Source: a virus
Virus record (IMG/VR): IMGVR_UViG_3300036668_000241
Span: 1-64,000 of that record
Length of the DNA stretch: 64,000 nucleotides
Strand: one strand, 5' to 3'
The position numbers were made by a program, and so were the translations under genes. Under the pieces are notes generated by a model, which saw only the letters and a program-made list of their open reading frames with translations, was not told where the DNA came from and did not search any database. Below, piece by piece: positions 32,443-41,494 of the stretch; positions within the stretch are counted from its first letter, which is position 1; each line of letters starts with the position of its first letter.

Positions 32443-32725
32443 TAAGTTCCTCCATAAGTGATTCGTTTTCTTTTTCTGAGCCCTTGTTTCGTTTAGTTTC
32501 TGCACGTTGCGAAGCCTTGGTAATAACTTTTTCTAGTGTTTTTACAGCCTCTACTAACTCAACAGAGTCGTTACTAAAAGTAAAGTATTCGAAAGTAGCT
32601 TGAACCACTACCACTTCATTGCTAACTGAGCCGTCAGGGTACTCTAGAAATTTAACGGAGTCAATACGTTCTAACTTCAACAACTCTGGACTGCCAGGTT
32701 TTGGCTGTCTATATTTAGATCCCAC
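32423..32725 (-). CDS. Hypothetical protein
   Basis: Co-oriented 100-aa ORF overlapping its neighbours. Confidence 0.6.
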   Translation of the reverse strand: MGSKYRQPKPGSPELLKLERIDSVKFLEYPDGSVSNEVVVVQATFEYFTFSNDSVELVEAVKTLEKVITKASQRAETKRNKGSEKENESLMEELSAIRSI

Positions 32726-33095
32726 TGTCTTGTTCCTCTCTTATCGGATACATTTCTGCCATTCTTTTTGCTAGTTCTCGCATTTCTTCTATCGCTTCAG
32801 GAGTGTCTTTACCGTTTGACATTTCTTTCTGATGCCACTCTCTAACTGTTGCTAGGGCTTCAGCAGTAGAGGTCCATTCTTGCGAGCGTCCCTCAGTGCA
32901 GAATACAGAAGAGCAGATAGTGATGCTTTTAAATTTTATCGTACCCCCATCCTCTCTGTCCCAGACGTCCCCGTAGTCTACAGAAATATACCCCTCAGCA
33001 GACTTGCAAAAGGACTCGTACAGAAAGTAATGATTGTAGGACTCGCGCAAAAGTCTTTCAATTTCTTTAATGTCTTCATACTCTTCTGGCGTCAT
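32715..33095 (-). CDS. Hypothetical protein (leaderless)
   Basis: TAGTCT -10 lies 6 nt before the ATG. Confidence 0.65.
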   Translation of the reverse strand: MTPEEYEDIKEIERLLRESYNHYFLYESFCKSAEGYISVDYGDVWDREDGGTIKFKSITICSSVFCTEGRSQEWTSTAEALATVREWHQKEMSNGKDTPEAIEEMRELAKRMAEMYPIREEQDSGI

Positions 33096-33151
33096 GAGGA
33101 TAGACTACCGTATGGTAGACAAGAAATACTAGGGCCGTGTATAGTTTTTCT

Positions 33152-33403
33152 ATGACATACTTTCAGATTGAAGATACTAAGTGGGCCGATGGTTTACAGT
33201 CTGGCCTTGAAGAATATATGATGACACTGCAAGAAAGTGCTTATGCCGAGGAAGAAAGGGAAGAGATCGAAGAGGTAGAGACAGCCTCTGGAATAGCCTT
33301 CTGTGGGTGCGACACTTGCTACTACCGAGAGATTCTCTGCTATCTAACTCCTCGCATTCTTGAAGGTGGAGCAGAGGGAAAAGTAACTCTTACGGATGGC
33401 TAG
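33152..33403 (+). CDS. Hypothetical CxCxxC protein (leaderless)
   Basis: TAGACA-18-TATAGT-6 nt-ATG; FCGCDTC motif. Confidence 0.65.
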   Translation: MTYFQIEDTKWADGLQSGLEEYMMTLQESAYAEEEREEIEEVETASGIAFCGCDTCYYREILCYLTPRILEGGAEGKVTLTDG

Positions 33404-33587
33404 GCTATTTGGCTGGTGTATGGACAATCATCATGAAGGATGCAGGACTCATTACCGAGACCTGTATGAACCTGAGAAAATTATTGAATGCGAGTGCGAG
33501 TGTCACGTAGGCAAAAAGAAGAGACCACTCCCAGAACCACATATCCCTCCTAAAGAACAAAAACTTCCTAGAAGATCCTCTCGTTGA
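33396..33587 (+). CDS. Small Cys/His-rich protein
   Basis: WCMDNHHEGC...CECECH; overlaps the upstream stop. Confidence 0.6.
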   Translation: MARLFGWCMDNHHEGCRTHYRDLYEPEKIIECECECHVGKKKRPLPEPHIPPKEQKLPRRSSR

Positions 33588-33596
33588 TATCTACAA

Positions 33597-35324
33597 TTAT
33601 CCCATGTTGTAGTAAGTGATACGGGATACGCCAGTAATAGCGATAATTCCCGCTGCCGTGATAACCGTGAGGTTCTGGTAAGTAGCAACATGCGAACCGG
33701 GGTTTTGTGGAGCGAGAGCAGCCGCACCGATGAGGCTCAATGTTGCGCCAGAATCCGATCCTGCAACCGCAGCGCCGTAAGTGTACGCAGTGGGGATAGC
33801 CGCAATACCAACCTGATTTGCAGTCAGCATAAGAATCTTGGCAGGAACACCGCCACCAAACGGATCAGCAAGACCAACGCGACCAGCAGCGTTCGGCACA
33901 GTCGTACCAGTCGTAATAACAGCGCCGTTGGCTTTCAGCCAAGTGATTGTTGCAGCCGTATCCCTAATCTTGTCTACGGCAACTGTCGAGTTAAATATTG
34001 CTCCCTTCGCAGCCGTAGATCCGAACATGGCAGCACGATCAGCATCCGTAGCAGTAGCGCCAATCAGTCTTGTCATGGCTGCATTAGAACCAGCAAGAGC
34101 ACCGATAGCAACCGGCTCAGAAAGAGCAATAGCGAAGTTCCCAGCGTTACCAATTAGTGAAGTAATCGCGGTCGCGCTGCCAGCGAAGGCACTCATAACA
34201 GCAGCGTTACTTGCAACAAGTGCAAAGTTTGCGTGAGTTGCAAGGCTGTTCAACGCAGCAAGTGAACCACCAATTGCAGTGGCAAGAATCGGATTCGTTA
34301 AGGCAACCGTCAGGTTTCCATGAACAGCGAGTGCTTCAATACTAGCTGGTACAGCAGCAATTGCATTGACAATAGTGTTGCTAGGGAACACCAAAGACAA
34401 GTTCGGGCTTGTTGCTAGATATAGCATTGCGGTTGTGTCCGTTGCCATAAGTTGAGCAGCAGCAGGATTAGCAACAACTTTCCCCAGTTCGCTTGAACTG
34501 TCAATAATTGAGTTGACGCTAGGGAACGCACCAATAAGACCGGCGAGGCTAACAATTGCGGCAGGTCGCACATTTGAAAATTGACCTGAGCCTCTAAAGT
34601 TTGTCCAAGCAGTTCCATCGTTGTAGATTGCAGACATAGCAACCGGGCTGGCACTAATGGCTGACATACCGACAGCGCTTGGAGTTATCTGCCCCATTGC
34701 TATCGTGTTTTGGGCCACGATAGCCATTGCAGAGGATGATCCAGCCACGATAGCAATAGAAGTCGCATCTGCTGCAACGTCACTCATCATACTGCCACTA
34801 TTAGCCATCAAAGCAACGGTTGGTGAACTAGCAACAACTGCCTCCATAGCAGGTCGGGAATTAGAAACGAGGTTGTTAGCAGGCCCGTTAGCAATAAGCA
34901 AAGACATTGATGCGAAAGGCGCGGTTCCCGCTAAAGTTTCAACCACATTTTTCACGTTAGTTTCATAATGAGCGCCCCCAGTAAACTGAAACCACGAAAT
35001 AGGATTTGCTTCAATCACCGTCAACGTTGCAAGGCTAGTCGAAACCGTACCAACAGCAGTACTGTTAGCGATAATTGCCTGCGACGCAATACTGTTTTCA
35101 GTCGAAGCCTCAGCAAAAACTGCTTCACGGGCAATAGGACTAGCGACAATAGCCGTAACCGTATTGCCACTTGCAGCAATGCGTCTAGCTTGACCGCGCA
35201 TAGAAAGCAGAACCTTGAACTCGGCTAGTCGTCCACCATCAGTAAGAGAAGTTTGAAGTTGGGCACCTGAGTGCGTTCCACCTTCAACTGCGTTTAGCAG
35301 TCTAATTGCGCGTAACATTCCCAT
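33597..35324 (-). CDS. Ala-rich helical-repeat virion-associated protein
   Basis: 575 aa with recurring AMxAIxxSxxAM-type repeats; RBS AGGAG. Confidence 0.65.
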   Translation of the reverse strand: MGMLRAIRLLNAVEGGTHSGAQLQTSLTDGGRLAEFKVLLSMRGQARRIAASGNTVTAIVASPIAREAVFAEASTENSIASQAIIANSTAVGTVSTSLATLTVIEANPISWFQFTGGAHYETNVKNVVETLAGTAPFASMSLLIANGPANNLVSNSRPAMEAVVASSPTVALMANSGSMMSDVAADATSIAIVAGSSSAMAIVAQNTIAMGQITPSAVGMSAISASPVAMSAIYNDGTAWTNFRGSGQFSNVRPAAIVSLAGLIGAFPSVNSIIDSSSELGKVVANPAAAQLMATDTTAMLYLATSPNLSLVFPSNTIVNAIAAVPASIEALAVHGNLTVALTNPILATAIGGSLAALNSLATHANFALVASNAAVMSAFAGSATAITSLIGNAGNFAIALSEPVAIGALAGSNAAMTRLIGATATDADRAAMFGSTAAKGAIFNSTVAVDKIRDTAATITWLKANGAVITTGTTVPNAAGRVGLADPFGGGVPAKILMLTANQVGIAAIPTAYTYGAAVAGSDSGATLSLIGAAALAPQNPGSHVATYQNLTVITAAGIIAITGVSRITYYNMG

Positions 35325-35336
35325 TTACTTCTCCTA

Positions 35337-35936
35337 TTATTTAGCAACGAAGAAAGCAGACAGCCTGCTCACTTCATCTTCATCTAGTTCATCACGGATA
35401 GAACTTTCAATTAAATCGTTTGCACTCAACCAATCGAAAGCGGGAACGGCAAGCAACCACTGACCTGAATCGTCCGAAGCCGTAAAGCACGTTTCATCGT
35501 CGTCCGGTTCAAGTGTTGAAGCAATGAACTGAAACAATCCTATACCCTCTACAACCGTAGAGTCATCTGCCAGGGGTGCAGGAACACCAATAACTCTCAA
35601 GCTTGATCTGTCTTCATAGGCCAAATATCGCAATGAAGTAGGCGCACTGAGAACAACAATGTCGCCCTCACCCAAAAGGTTAATTGTGTTAATGCTTTTT
35701 AGATTTATTCCTGAAACTAAATTAGCCTGTTTTAAGTTAAGTGCATTTTGTGCAGCAACACTGACCGGCTTATTAGAATCTGTCGTGTTGTCCACAAGGT
35801 TCAATGCATCAACACGGTTCTTCGTCGCCAACGCTGCCGCCTGCGCGTTAGTGGTAATCAGTTGATTAGCAATAACAGCGTTAGTTTGAGCAGTAACTGC
35901 CGTGGTTAGAAGGGCTACTTCTTGCTCGATACTCAT
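35337..35936 (-). CDS. Tail-fibre-associated protein
   Basis: LNLVDNTTDSNKPVSVAAQNALNLKQ is a common phage fibre coiled motif. Confidence 0.65.
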   Translation of the reverse strand: MSIEQEVALLTTAVTAQTNAVIANQLITTNAQAAALATKNRVDALNLVDNTTDSNKPVSVAAQNALNLKQANLVSGINLKSINTINLLGEGDIVVLSAPTSLRYLAYEDRSSLRVIGVPAPLADDSTVVEGIGLFQFIASTLEPDDDETCFTASDDSGQWLLAVPAFDWLSANDLIESSIRDELDEDEVSRLSAFFVAK

Positions 35937-36145
35937 GCGTGGCCTCCGGTGAGATGATTAACAAAAAAAGTGTTCGTAGTTATTAGTGATGTTGCCATTT
36001 GAGTCAGTGGAACCTGTGAAGCGTTCTCAGATAACAGTACAGCGGAAGCAATTCTACTTTCAAGGGCCAGTTGAGCAGTAACAACAGTATCAAGCAGCTC
36101 AGTTGTCTGCGTTGTTAGGCTTACGAGGGACGCTTCGATAGTCAT
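35933..36145 (-). CDS. Small fibre-associated protein, paralogous N-terminus to the next gene
   Basis: MTIEASLVSLTTQTT resembles MSIEQEVALLTTAVT. Confidence 0.6.
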   Translation of the reverse strand: MTIEASLVSLTTQTTELLDTVVTAQLALESRIASAVLLSENASQVPLTQMATSLITTNTFFVNHLTGGHA

Positions 36146-36355
36146 TTATGCACCTCTCGATTGTAGGATAAGTCTTTGTGTCTGTATTAGGTTTGATGCC
36201 TGCCATATTCGATACTCGTCTGACAGGTAGGTCCAACCATGTACGCCATACACTCCAGACTTTTGATCTACAGTGTCAAAGTACATCCACCCTTCTTCAG
36301 GACTGGCAGGAGGTTGAGAGACTAAAGCTAGTTTTAATGCGTTAAAGAACCTCAT
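36146..36355 (-). CDS. Small structural protein
   Basis: PPASPEEGWMYFDT module like that in the collagen fibres. Confidence 0.6.
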   Translation of the reverse strand: MRFFNALKLALVSQPPASPEEGWMYFDTVDQKSGVYGVHGWTYLSDEYRIWQASNLIQTQRLILQSRGA

Positions 36356-37152
36356 CCGACCACCGAAACTCTAAATGTGCCTGAAGCCTGAGTTTCGGCT
36401 GCAACGACGGTGACTGTATTAATTCCAGTAACCGTGGCATTTAAATCTACAAGCTCTCCGGTATCTATCAATCGACACATAATAAGTACATCAAGTGAGT
36501 TTAGCCCGTGGGTTACGGTTACTGGTGTTCCTCCAGTAAGCGTTCCTATGTTTATTGCATATTTCCCAGTTGCGCCAATCTGTTGGCGAGTTGTTTTTAT
36601 TCCTAGTTCGCTAACCGTTATAGAGGAATCTTCAGCAAGAACGGAAAATACGTTTGCAGACGAAATAAGTCCGTTTCCGGTGGAGTATGTCTGCCCCGCT
36701 CCAAAACGTACCCATTCTATTGAAGTAACTCCGATAGTAATGTTGACAGACGTTTGCGTAAATGCCTCGTTAGTGCCAATTGTTCCAGAAGTAATCAGAA
36801 CAGTTGCACCTTTAAGCTCAGCAGGAGTATCAGCGTCAACGCTACGAGTGGGAGCTCCAGTGGCATTTACTGTGTAGATACCGTTTTCTACGTTATTAGC
36901 TTGTGTTTTTATGAGAATACGGTCACCCGTTGTTAGACTAACTCCGTCAATAAACTGACCGTCGGTATAGCTAGTTGTCAAATCTCCGTCAGAAGTAGTG
37001 GCTACTCGCACTGAAGTCTTCCACGATAGACCCGCCGCGATATTGTCTACATATTGTTTGTTAGCAGCATCAGTACCAGTAGAAGGGTCAGCGACGTTAA
37101 TACCTTTTTGATTTCTAAGGTCTACTCCATTAAAAAATTTAGATGCAGCCAT
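36352..37152 (-). CDS. Tail fibre / virion decoration protein
   Basis: DAANKQYVD, WKTSVRVATT, IDGVSLTTGDRILIK, ENGIY motifs. Confidence 0.75.
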   Translation of the reverse strand: MAASKFFNGVDLRNQKGINVADPSTGTDAANKQYVDNIAAGLSWKTSVRVATTSDGDLTTSYTDGQFIDGVSLTTGDRILIKTQANNVENGIYTVNATGAPTRSVDADTPAELKGATVLITSGTIGTNEAFTQTSVNITIGVTSIEWVRFGAGQTYSTGNGLISSANVFSVLAEDSSITVSELGIKTTRQQIGATGKYAINIGTLTGGTPVTVTHGLNSLDVLIMCRLIDTGELVDLNATVTGINTVTVVAAETQASGTFRVSVVG

Positions 37153-37613
37153 TATGAGAATATAACCTCTCCTACTTGTGGTGTTGCAAATGAAATATAT
37201 GAAGTATTAATGTCAATGTGATTTATTGGGACCCCAATAACTTCTCCCTCTAGGATAACAGAAACGTTAGGTATCTTTCCGAGATTATGCACTATCGTCC
37301 AATCGCCAGATGCCAGCGATTGAATATGTTTGTAGTAAAAAATTGGGCCTGGAATACCCTGTATTCCCTGCTCACCCAAAAGACCTTCAGGCCCTATCGG
37401 ACCATCAAATCCACGTAGCCCTACACCAGCGAATACTTCAATAATATTATTAATTGACTCTACTGTTACCATGCTAATCTCAGTGGGTATCTCTACAAGA
37501 TTTGTTTCAATACTAACCTCAACGGAAGTGTTTGACTCGGGAGTTATCTCTACAAGATTTGTTTCAGTATTGACCTCAACCAAAGGTGTTAAATCGTCAG
37601 TGTTGAATGACAT
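37152..37613 (-). CDS. Structural protein with short collagen segment
   Basis: VEVNTETNLVEI-type repeats, Gly-X-Y, WTIVHNLGKIPNV. Confidence 0.7.
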   Translation of the reverse strand: MSFNTDDLTPLVEVNTETNLVEITPESNTSVEVSIETNLVEIPTEISMVTVESINNIIEVFAGVGLRGFDGPIGPEGLLGEQGIQGIPGPIFYYKHIQSLASGDWTIVHNLGKIPNVSVILEGEVIGVPINHIDINTSYISFATPQVGEVIFS

Positions 37614-37615
37614 TT

Positions 37616-37954
37616 TTATGCACTTCTAACTGTAAAATCTCCACGAACAATTCGCTCTTGTATGCCAGAGCTTTCCGTAAACTCCAAAGCGTATGTATAT
37701 TTCCCCTCCGGCAAATTACTCATGACTGATGGCGGAATATTGATAGAAACAGTGCCTCGAGCACCGTCAATATCTATGTAGTCACTTGTCGATATTTCTA
37801 AAAGAATTTGCCCGGATACTTCCTTGATAGCCATATATGCAGTGGTATCTGTGATAACAATGGTACGCCGTTTAGAGTCTTTTCTAACTAGTGCACGAGA
37901 AAAAGTCATGCCAAAATCAGCTATGAAGTTATGTGATCCAGCCAGAGCAGCCAA
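37616..37954 (-). CDS. Ig-like baseplate/fibre adaptor protein
   Basis: TFSRAL...GTVSINI...YTYALE...RIVRGDFTV pattern; TTG start after AGGAG. Confidence 0.6.
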   Translation of the reverse strand: MAALAGSHNFIADFGMTFSRALVRKDSKRRTIVITDTTAYMAIKEVSGQILLEISTSDYIDIDGARGTVSINIPPSVMSNLPEGKYTYALEFTESSGIQERIVRGDFTVRSA

Positions 37955-38046
37955 AGAATTCTCCTTTTTAGAGCTCAGCCTTACATTATGCCATGAAATA
38001 CGTAAACCTATTCACATACAAGAGTGTGTTGGGGTAGGCTAACACT

Positions 38047-38355
38047 ATGACTAGAAAAAAGAAGGTAATGCCAACTCTGGAAGATGTTCACCCAGAGTGG
38101 ATAATTTTTGACGAGATTCAAATAAATGGACGTAATATTATGTCGGGGACTGAAATCTCTATTACATCTGAAAAAGGAAGATTTAGATTTATCAAATACG
38201 TTAAAACCCCTTCCGCTGAATGGATAGATGTTATTGGAGGCCCTAAAGGGTCCAAAATGTTTAGATCATTTAGGCCAGAACAAGTCAAAACAGTTCACTG
38301 GAAAAACAAGCTGCGAGAAAGCTTTAAAGACTCTGAAAAGTCTGTATCCAACTAG
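38047..38355 (+). CDS. SH3-like hypothetical protein (leaderless)
   Basis: TTCACA-18-TAGGCT-6 nt-ATG; GRFRF...EWIDV...FRSFRP. Confidence 0.65.
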   Translation: MTRKKKVMPTLEDVHPEWIIFDEIQINGRNIMSGTEISITSEKGRFRFIKYVKTPSAEWIDVIGGPKGSKMFRSFRPEQVKTVHWKNKLRESFKDSEKSVSN

Positions 38356-38581
38356 CTAGCTCTTCAAGGCTAAGATTCATAGATATTTCTTCCCCTAATA
38401 GATTTTGTATCTTTTCTAAATACTCTTCTAGCTCTTCTTGAGTAATTCCTGTTACTTCTTTAAGATGTCTTTCCATCTCAGCGAGGGCATCAATAATAGT
38501 TTGAAGAGGCACAACTTGAAATCCTGACTGAGTTACAAGACTAATTAGCCTGTCTTCTTTTTCTTCGGGCTCTTCAGACAT
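38324..38581 (-). CDS. Acidic hypothetical protein
   Basis: 85-aa ORF co-oriented with the operon. Confidence 0.55.
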   Translation of the reverse strand: MSEEPEEKEDRLISLVTQSGFQVVPLQTIIDALAEMERHLKEVTGITQEELEEYLEKIQNLLGEEISMNLSLEELASWIQTFQSL

Positions 38582-38593
38582 AGGATAAATCTA

Positions 38594-38818
38594 TTAAATA
38601 CTGTCGGAGTCCACGACAAGAGTCTTGTCAAGTAAATGTGATTGATCTATCACGTAGTAAGACAGTTCTCGAAGTGTCTCTTCATAACGAAGGAAATGAT
38701 GCCGACAAAAATACAGCTCACCTGAGTCAAGAATAGTAAGAAAATATGCTTGCGAATAACATATATCGCAACGGTCTGATGAGTTGAGGATTTTTTCTTC
38801 TGCTTGTAAGCTGCTCAT
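38594..38818 (-). CDS. Small Zn-binding protein of an actinobacterial family (leaderless)
   Basis: DRCDIC..QAY...SGELYFCRHH; TAGAAT-6 nt-ATG. Confidence 0.7.
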   Translation of the reverse strand: MSSLQAEEKILNSSDRCDICYSQAYFLTILDSGELYFCRHHFLRYEETLRELSYYVIDQSHLLDKTLVVDSDSI

Positions 38819-38830
38819 TTGTAGATTCTA

Positions 38831-39790
38831 CTAGACAATTGCATTCATAATATTTAAAACATGATTTTTAGGGATAATAGCTAGATGTGAAGACACGTCA
38901 TTTTTTCCAAATGATACAACAAAATTATCATTTAGTTCAACCATTCCCCCTACAAACTCTATTCCAGGACCTACAAATTGAAATGCCTGAGAAGATTCTA
39001 TTAATACGCCAAAACGATCAAATCGTACAAAATAATGTCCGTAGTTTTTTACAACAAAATCCATCATGCCAAAATTATTAGGGCTATACCCTCGAGATTT
39101 GCTAACCCATAGTTTGTGCATAACTGCAATATAGGTCCCATCTTTTTGCTCTATAAGATGAGAGTTCCCTCTAAGTCCAGAAATAAGATTATTGTCAGAG
39201 AAGTTGGTAATAATTTTATCGTTTTTAATAATTGCTGTAGGTCCATAAACAAAATCAAAGTACTCAGTAGCTTTGAGATCAGGAACTAACCAGTTTTTTT
39301 CAGGCTTATCTGGACGAACACCAGGATAAATTTTCACATCAATAATCTTTGTGGCTTTGGGGTCAAGCTTACAAACACAAAAACGTGCAACCGGAGTGTG
39401 CTCTTCCATAACTACTCCTGCAATCATCCAACTATTATCTCTCCAGAAGAGTCGTGGATCTTCAATTCCTCGAGTGTACTTTAGGGGCAATTCGGGCATA
39501 GGAATCTGTCTAAAGTTTTTAAACTTGAAATTCTTATCTACTTCAGCAAAATAAATTCTATTACGAATCTTTCCACCGTTTGTCACATGAAGCTCGCCAT
39601 GAGGAAGGACTACATAGTTAGAAGATCTAAAGGCCATTGCGTATCCTTTTTTAGGAGAATACCCAATAGATGGATTAAAACACGACCACTCTTTATTATT
39701 TTCTTCTGCTAGTCTTTTAAGATTTATTATGTTATCGGTGATAGGGAGAAAAGTTGTAGGGTCTTCTTTTAACATGTTAATCCTTCTCAT
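38831..39790 (-). CDS. Five-bladed beta-propeller glycoside hydrolase/phosphorylase-like protein (GH130-like)
   Basis: FNPSI, GIEDPRLF, EKNW, IEFVGGM, VSFG motifs. Confidence 0.7.
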   Translation of the reverse strand: MRRINMLKEDPTTFLPITDNIINLKRLAEENNKEWSCFNPSIGYSPKKGYAMAFRSSNYVVLPHGELHVTNGGKIRNRIYFAEVDKNFKFKNFRQIPMPELPLKYTRGIEDPRLFWRDNSWMIAGVVMEEHTPVARFCVCKLDPKATKIIDVKIYPGVRPDKPEKNWLVPDLKATEYFDFVYGPTAIIKNDKIITNFSDNNLISGLRGNSHLIEQKDGTYIAVMHKLWVSKSRGYSPNNFGMMDFVVKNYGHYFVRFDRFGVLIESSQAFQFVGPGIEFVGGMVELNDNFVVSFGKNDVSSHLAIIPKNHVLNIMNAIV

Positions 39791-40568
39791 AAATTGCTTG
39801 CGGGTAACGATCTAACACAGGACTTTTCTTTTTAGCAATAGTAAATATGTTGTCTCCTGTATGTGTAATATTAAAACCAGCCGCATTCAGCCTTGCCACA
39901 ACAGAAGGCATAGAATCTTCAAAACAATCTTCTGTCCAGATACTCCCATCAAAACCCGCAGCTTTGACTACTTGCATAAGAGAATGTATAGAGTACTCAT
40001 AGTTATGCCTGTACGGAGACCTATTAGTGTGGTACTGCATATAAAAGTATGGTTCTAGTCCGGACATCATTTTTGTAAGTCCTCGAGAACTAACCACATT
40101 TGGAGTTGTTAATAGCAAGCTTCCTTTAGGCTTTAGTACTCTATTAACTTCAGACATCATAAACATTGGATCAATATCCATGTGCTCAATTACTTCTGAA
40201 CAAATAACCCAATCGTATGTTTTATCTTTTACTGGAATCTCATCAGACTCTAAATCAATAGCAAAAGCCGTAAAACTCCCTGAGTAGCTATGTATTGCTA
40301 TTTCGTAGGTATGCACTGTTTCTTTGTTCATATCAAAATTAGTAACATCTATTGTAACTTTTGGTAAAAGAGCTTGAATTGCAAGAGTAATTACTCCACC
40401 AGTTCCTAATTCCAGGATACGACCTTTAGGTTTTTGATCAAGAAGGACCTGTAAAGTTCTTGCAATTCTCCTTGTGTGAGTTATATGGTAAGTATCTTCG
40501 GGTCTAATAAGTTCTTTCAGAACTTCTGCGACAGCAGGATAGATGTCTGTATACGGTCCGGTAAACAT
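39777..40568 (-). CDS. Class I SAM-dependent methyltransferase (leaderless)
   Basis: ILELGTGG, YDWVICSEVIEH, RVLKPKGSLLLTTPN. Start at 40568 is 6 nt after CATAAT. Confidence 0.85.
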   Translation of the reverse strand: MFTGPYTDIYPAVAEVLKELIRPEDTYHITHTRRIARTLQVLLDQKPKGRILELGTGGVITLAIQALLPKVTIDVTNFDMNKETVHTYEIAIHSYSGSFTAFAIDLESDEIPVKDKTYDWVICSEVIEHMDIDPMFMMSEVNRVLKPKGSLLLTTPNVVSSRGLTKMMSGLEPYFYMQYHTNRSPYRHNYEYSIHSLMQVVKAAGFDGSIWTEDCFEDSMPSVVARLNAAGFNITHTGDNIFTIAKKKSPVLDRYPQAIYEKD

Positions 40569-40640
40569 AACTGCATTATGCCACAGAAAGGAAATTATCG
40601 GGCCCCCTTGCGGACATGTGATATTATTTATGAGATACAT

Positions 40641-40724
40641 GCCAGAGTCCCCTAGTGGCCGATGGGACCGATTTTGTAAGTCGGTACAAAAACAACGCAG
40701 GTTCGAATCCTGCCTCTGGCTCCA
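40641..40724 (+). tRNA. tRNA-Thr(UGU) with a long variable region
   Basis: Acceptor GCCAGAG/CTCTGGC, anticodon arm CCGAT-TTTGTAA-GTCGG, T arm GCAGG-TTCGAAT-CCTGC, encoded CCA. Extended -10 (TGATATTAT) upstream. Confidence 0.85.
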
Positions 40725-40796
40725 AGTACATACAAGGCATTAAACAAGAATGGAAAGAGAAAATACAGAGCCGGGGGCTAAGGGGGCATATAAACC

Positions 40797-41011
40797 AAAA
40801 ACCCCCTTGCGGAGGTTAGTGGGGTGAATATCCGGGTTGCTTTTTACCGGAACGGCCTAGCCAGCAATCCATAGGTTTATGTACCGCTGTAGCCGATCTA
40901 CCGTTTACTCCGCTAAGAGAAAGACCGCTAAGTCCCGATAGTGCGTTTCTCGCCCCTACTGGCACAGAGCTTGATTCCGCCATATTCCACTCGGACCGTC
41001 GCCCTTATGTT
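40797..41011 (-). ncRNA. Candidate ~215-nt structured non-coding RNA
   Basis: Extended -10 TGCTACTAT at 41026-41018, GC-richer body with several helices and no credible ORF, terminator AACCTCC-GCAA-GGGGG-TTTTT. Confidence 0.55.
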
Positions 41012-41115
41012 GCGAGAATAGTAGCACAGATACTTAATAATTAATACACGGAGGTATATTCTTATTGTCCTTACACGAATTAGGTGTAAAATACAAGTAA
41101 TCAAAGGAGTTATTA

Positions 41116-41412
41116 ATGAAGTGTGAAATTTGCTATTGGGCCGAAATGCCTGACAGTGTTCCATCTATGTCTAGGCATATTGGTACATATCATCAAGACA
41201 TTGTTCCAGATCAAGTAATTGTATGGAAGAACTCAGAAATGATTCTTGTTGAAAAGTACAATGGAAAAGATCAACTTATTAATGTCTATGTACAAAAAGT
41301 TGTTCCTTCTCCTAAAGAAAAGCCACTTTTTGATTATGTCCCTCTAGAAACGGAAACTGTTAAAGACTTTGAAGACACTCCCACTGTTATTGATCTAGAC
41401 GAATTACCTTAA
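41116..41412 (+). CDS. C2H2-like zinc finger hypothetical protein
   Basis: CEIC...HIGTYH; RBS AAGGAG. Confidence 0.65.
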   Translation: MKCEICYWAEMPDSVPSMSRHIGTYHQDIVPDQVIVWKNSEMILVEKYNGKDQLINVYVQKVVPSPKEKPLFDYVPLETETVKDFEDTPTVIDLDELP

Positions 41413-41440
41413 GCACTACAAAACAACGGTACGACTCAAA

Positions 41441-41489
41441 GGCTGACGCAGAAGGATTCGAACCTTCAACCATCCGATTAACAGTCTGA
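41441..41489 (-). pseudogene. 3' half of tRNA-Asn(GUU)
   Basis: TCAGA-CTGTTAA-TCGGA, TGGTT, GAAGG-TTCGAAT-CCTTC, TGCGTCA-G-CC. No D arm or 5' acceptor strand upstream. Confidence 0.7.
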
Positions 41490-41494
41490 TTTTC

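Noticed and set aside
40765-40880. Plus-strand resemblance to a c-di-AMP (ydaO) riboswitch (GGGGG...TGGGGTGAAT...CAGCAATCC)
   Set aside because: Lacks the GUAGGG/CCCG helix and CAGCUAAC core, and no gene follows closely; promoter and terminator favour the minus strand.
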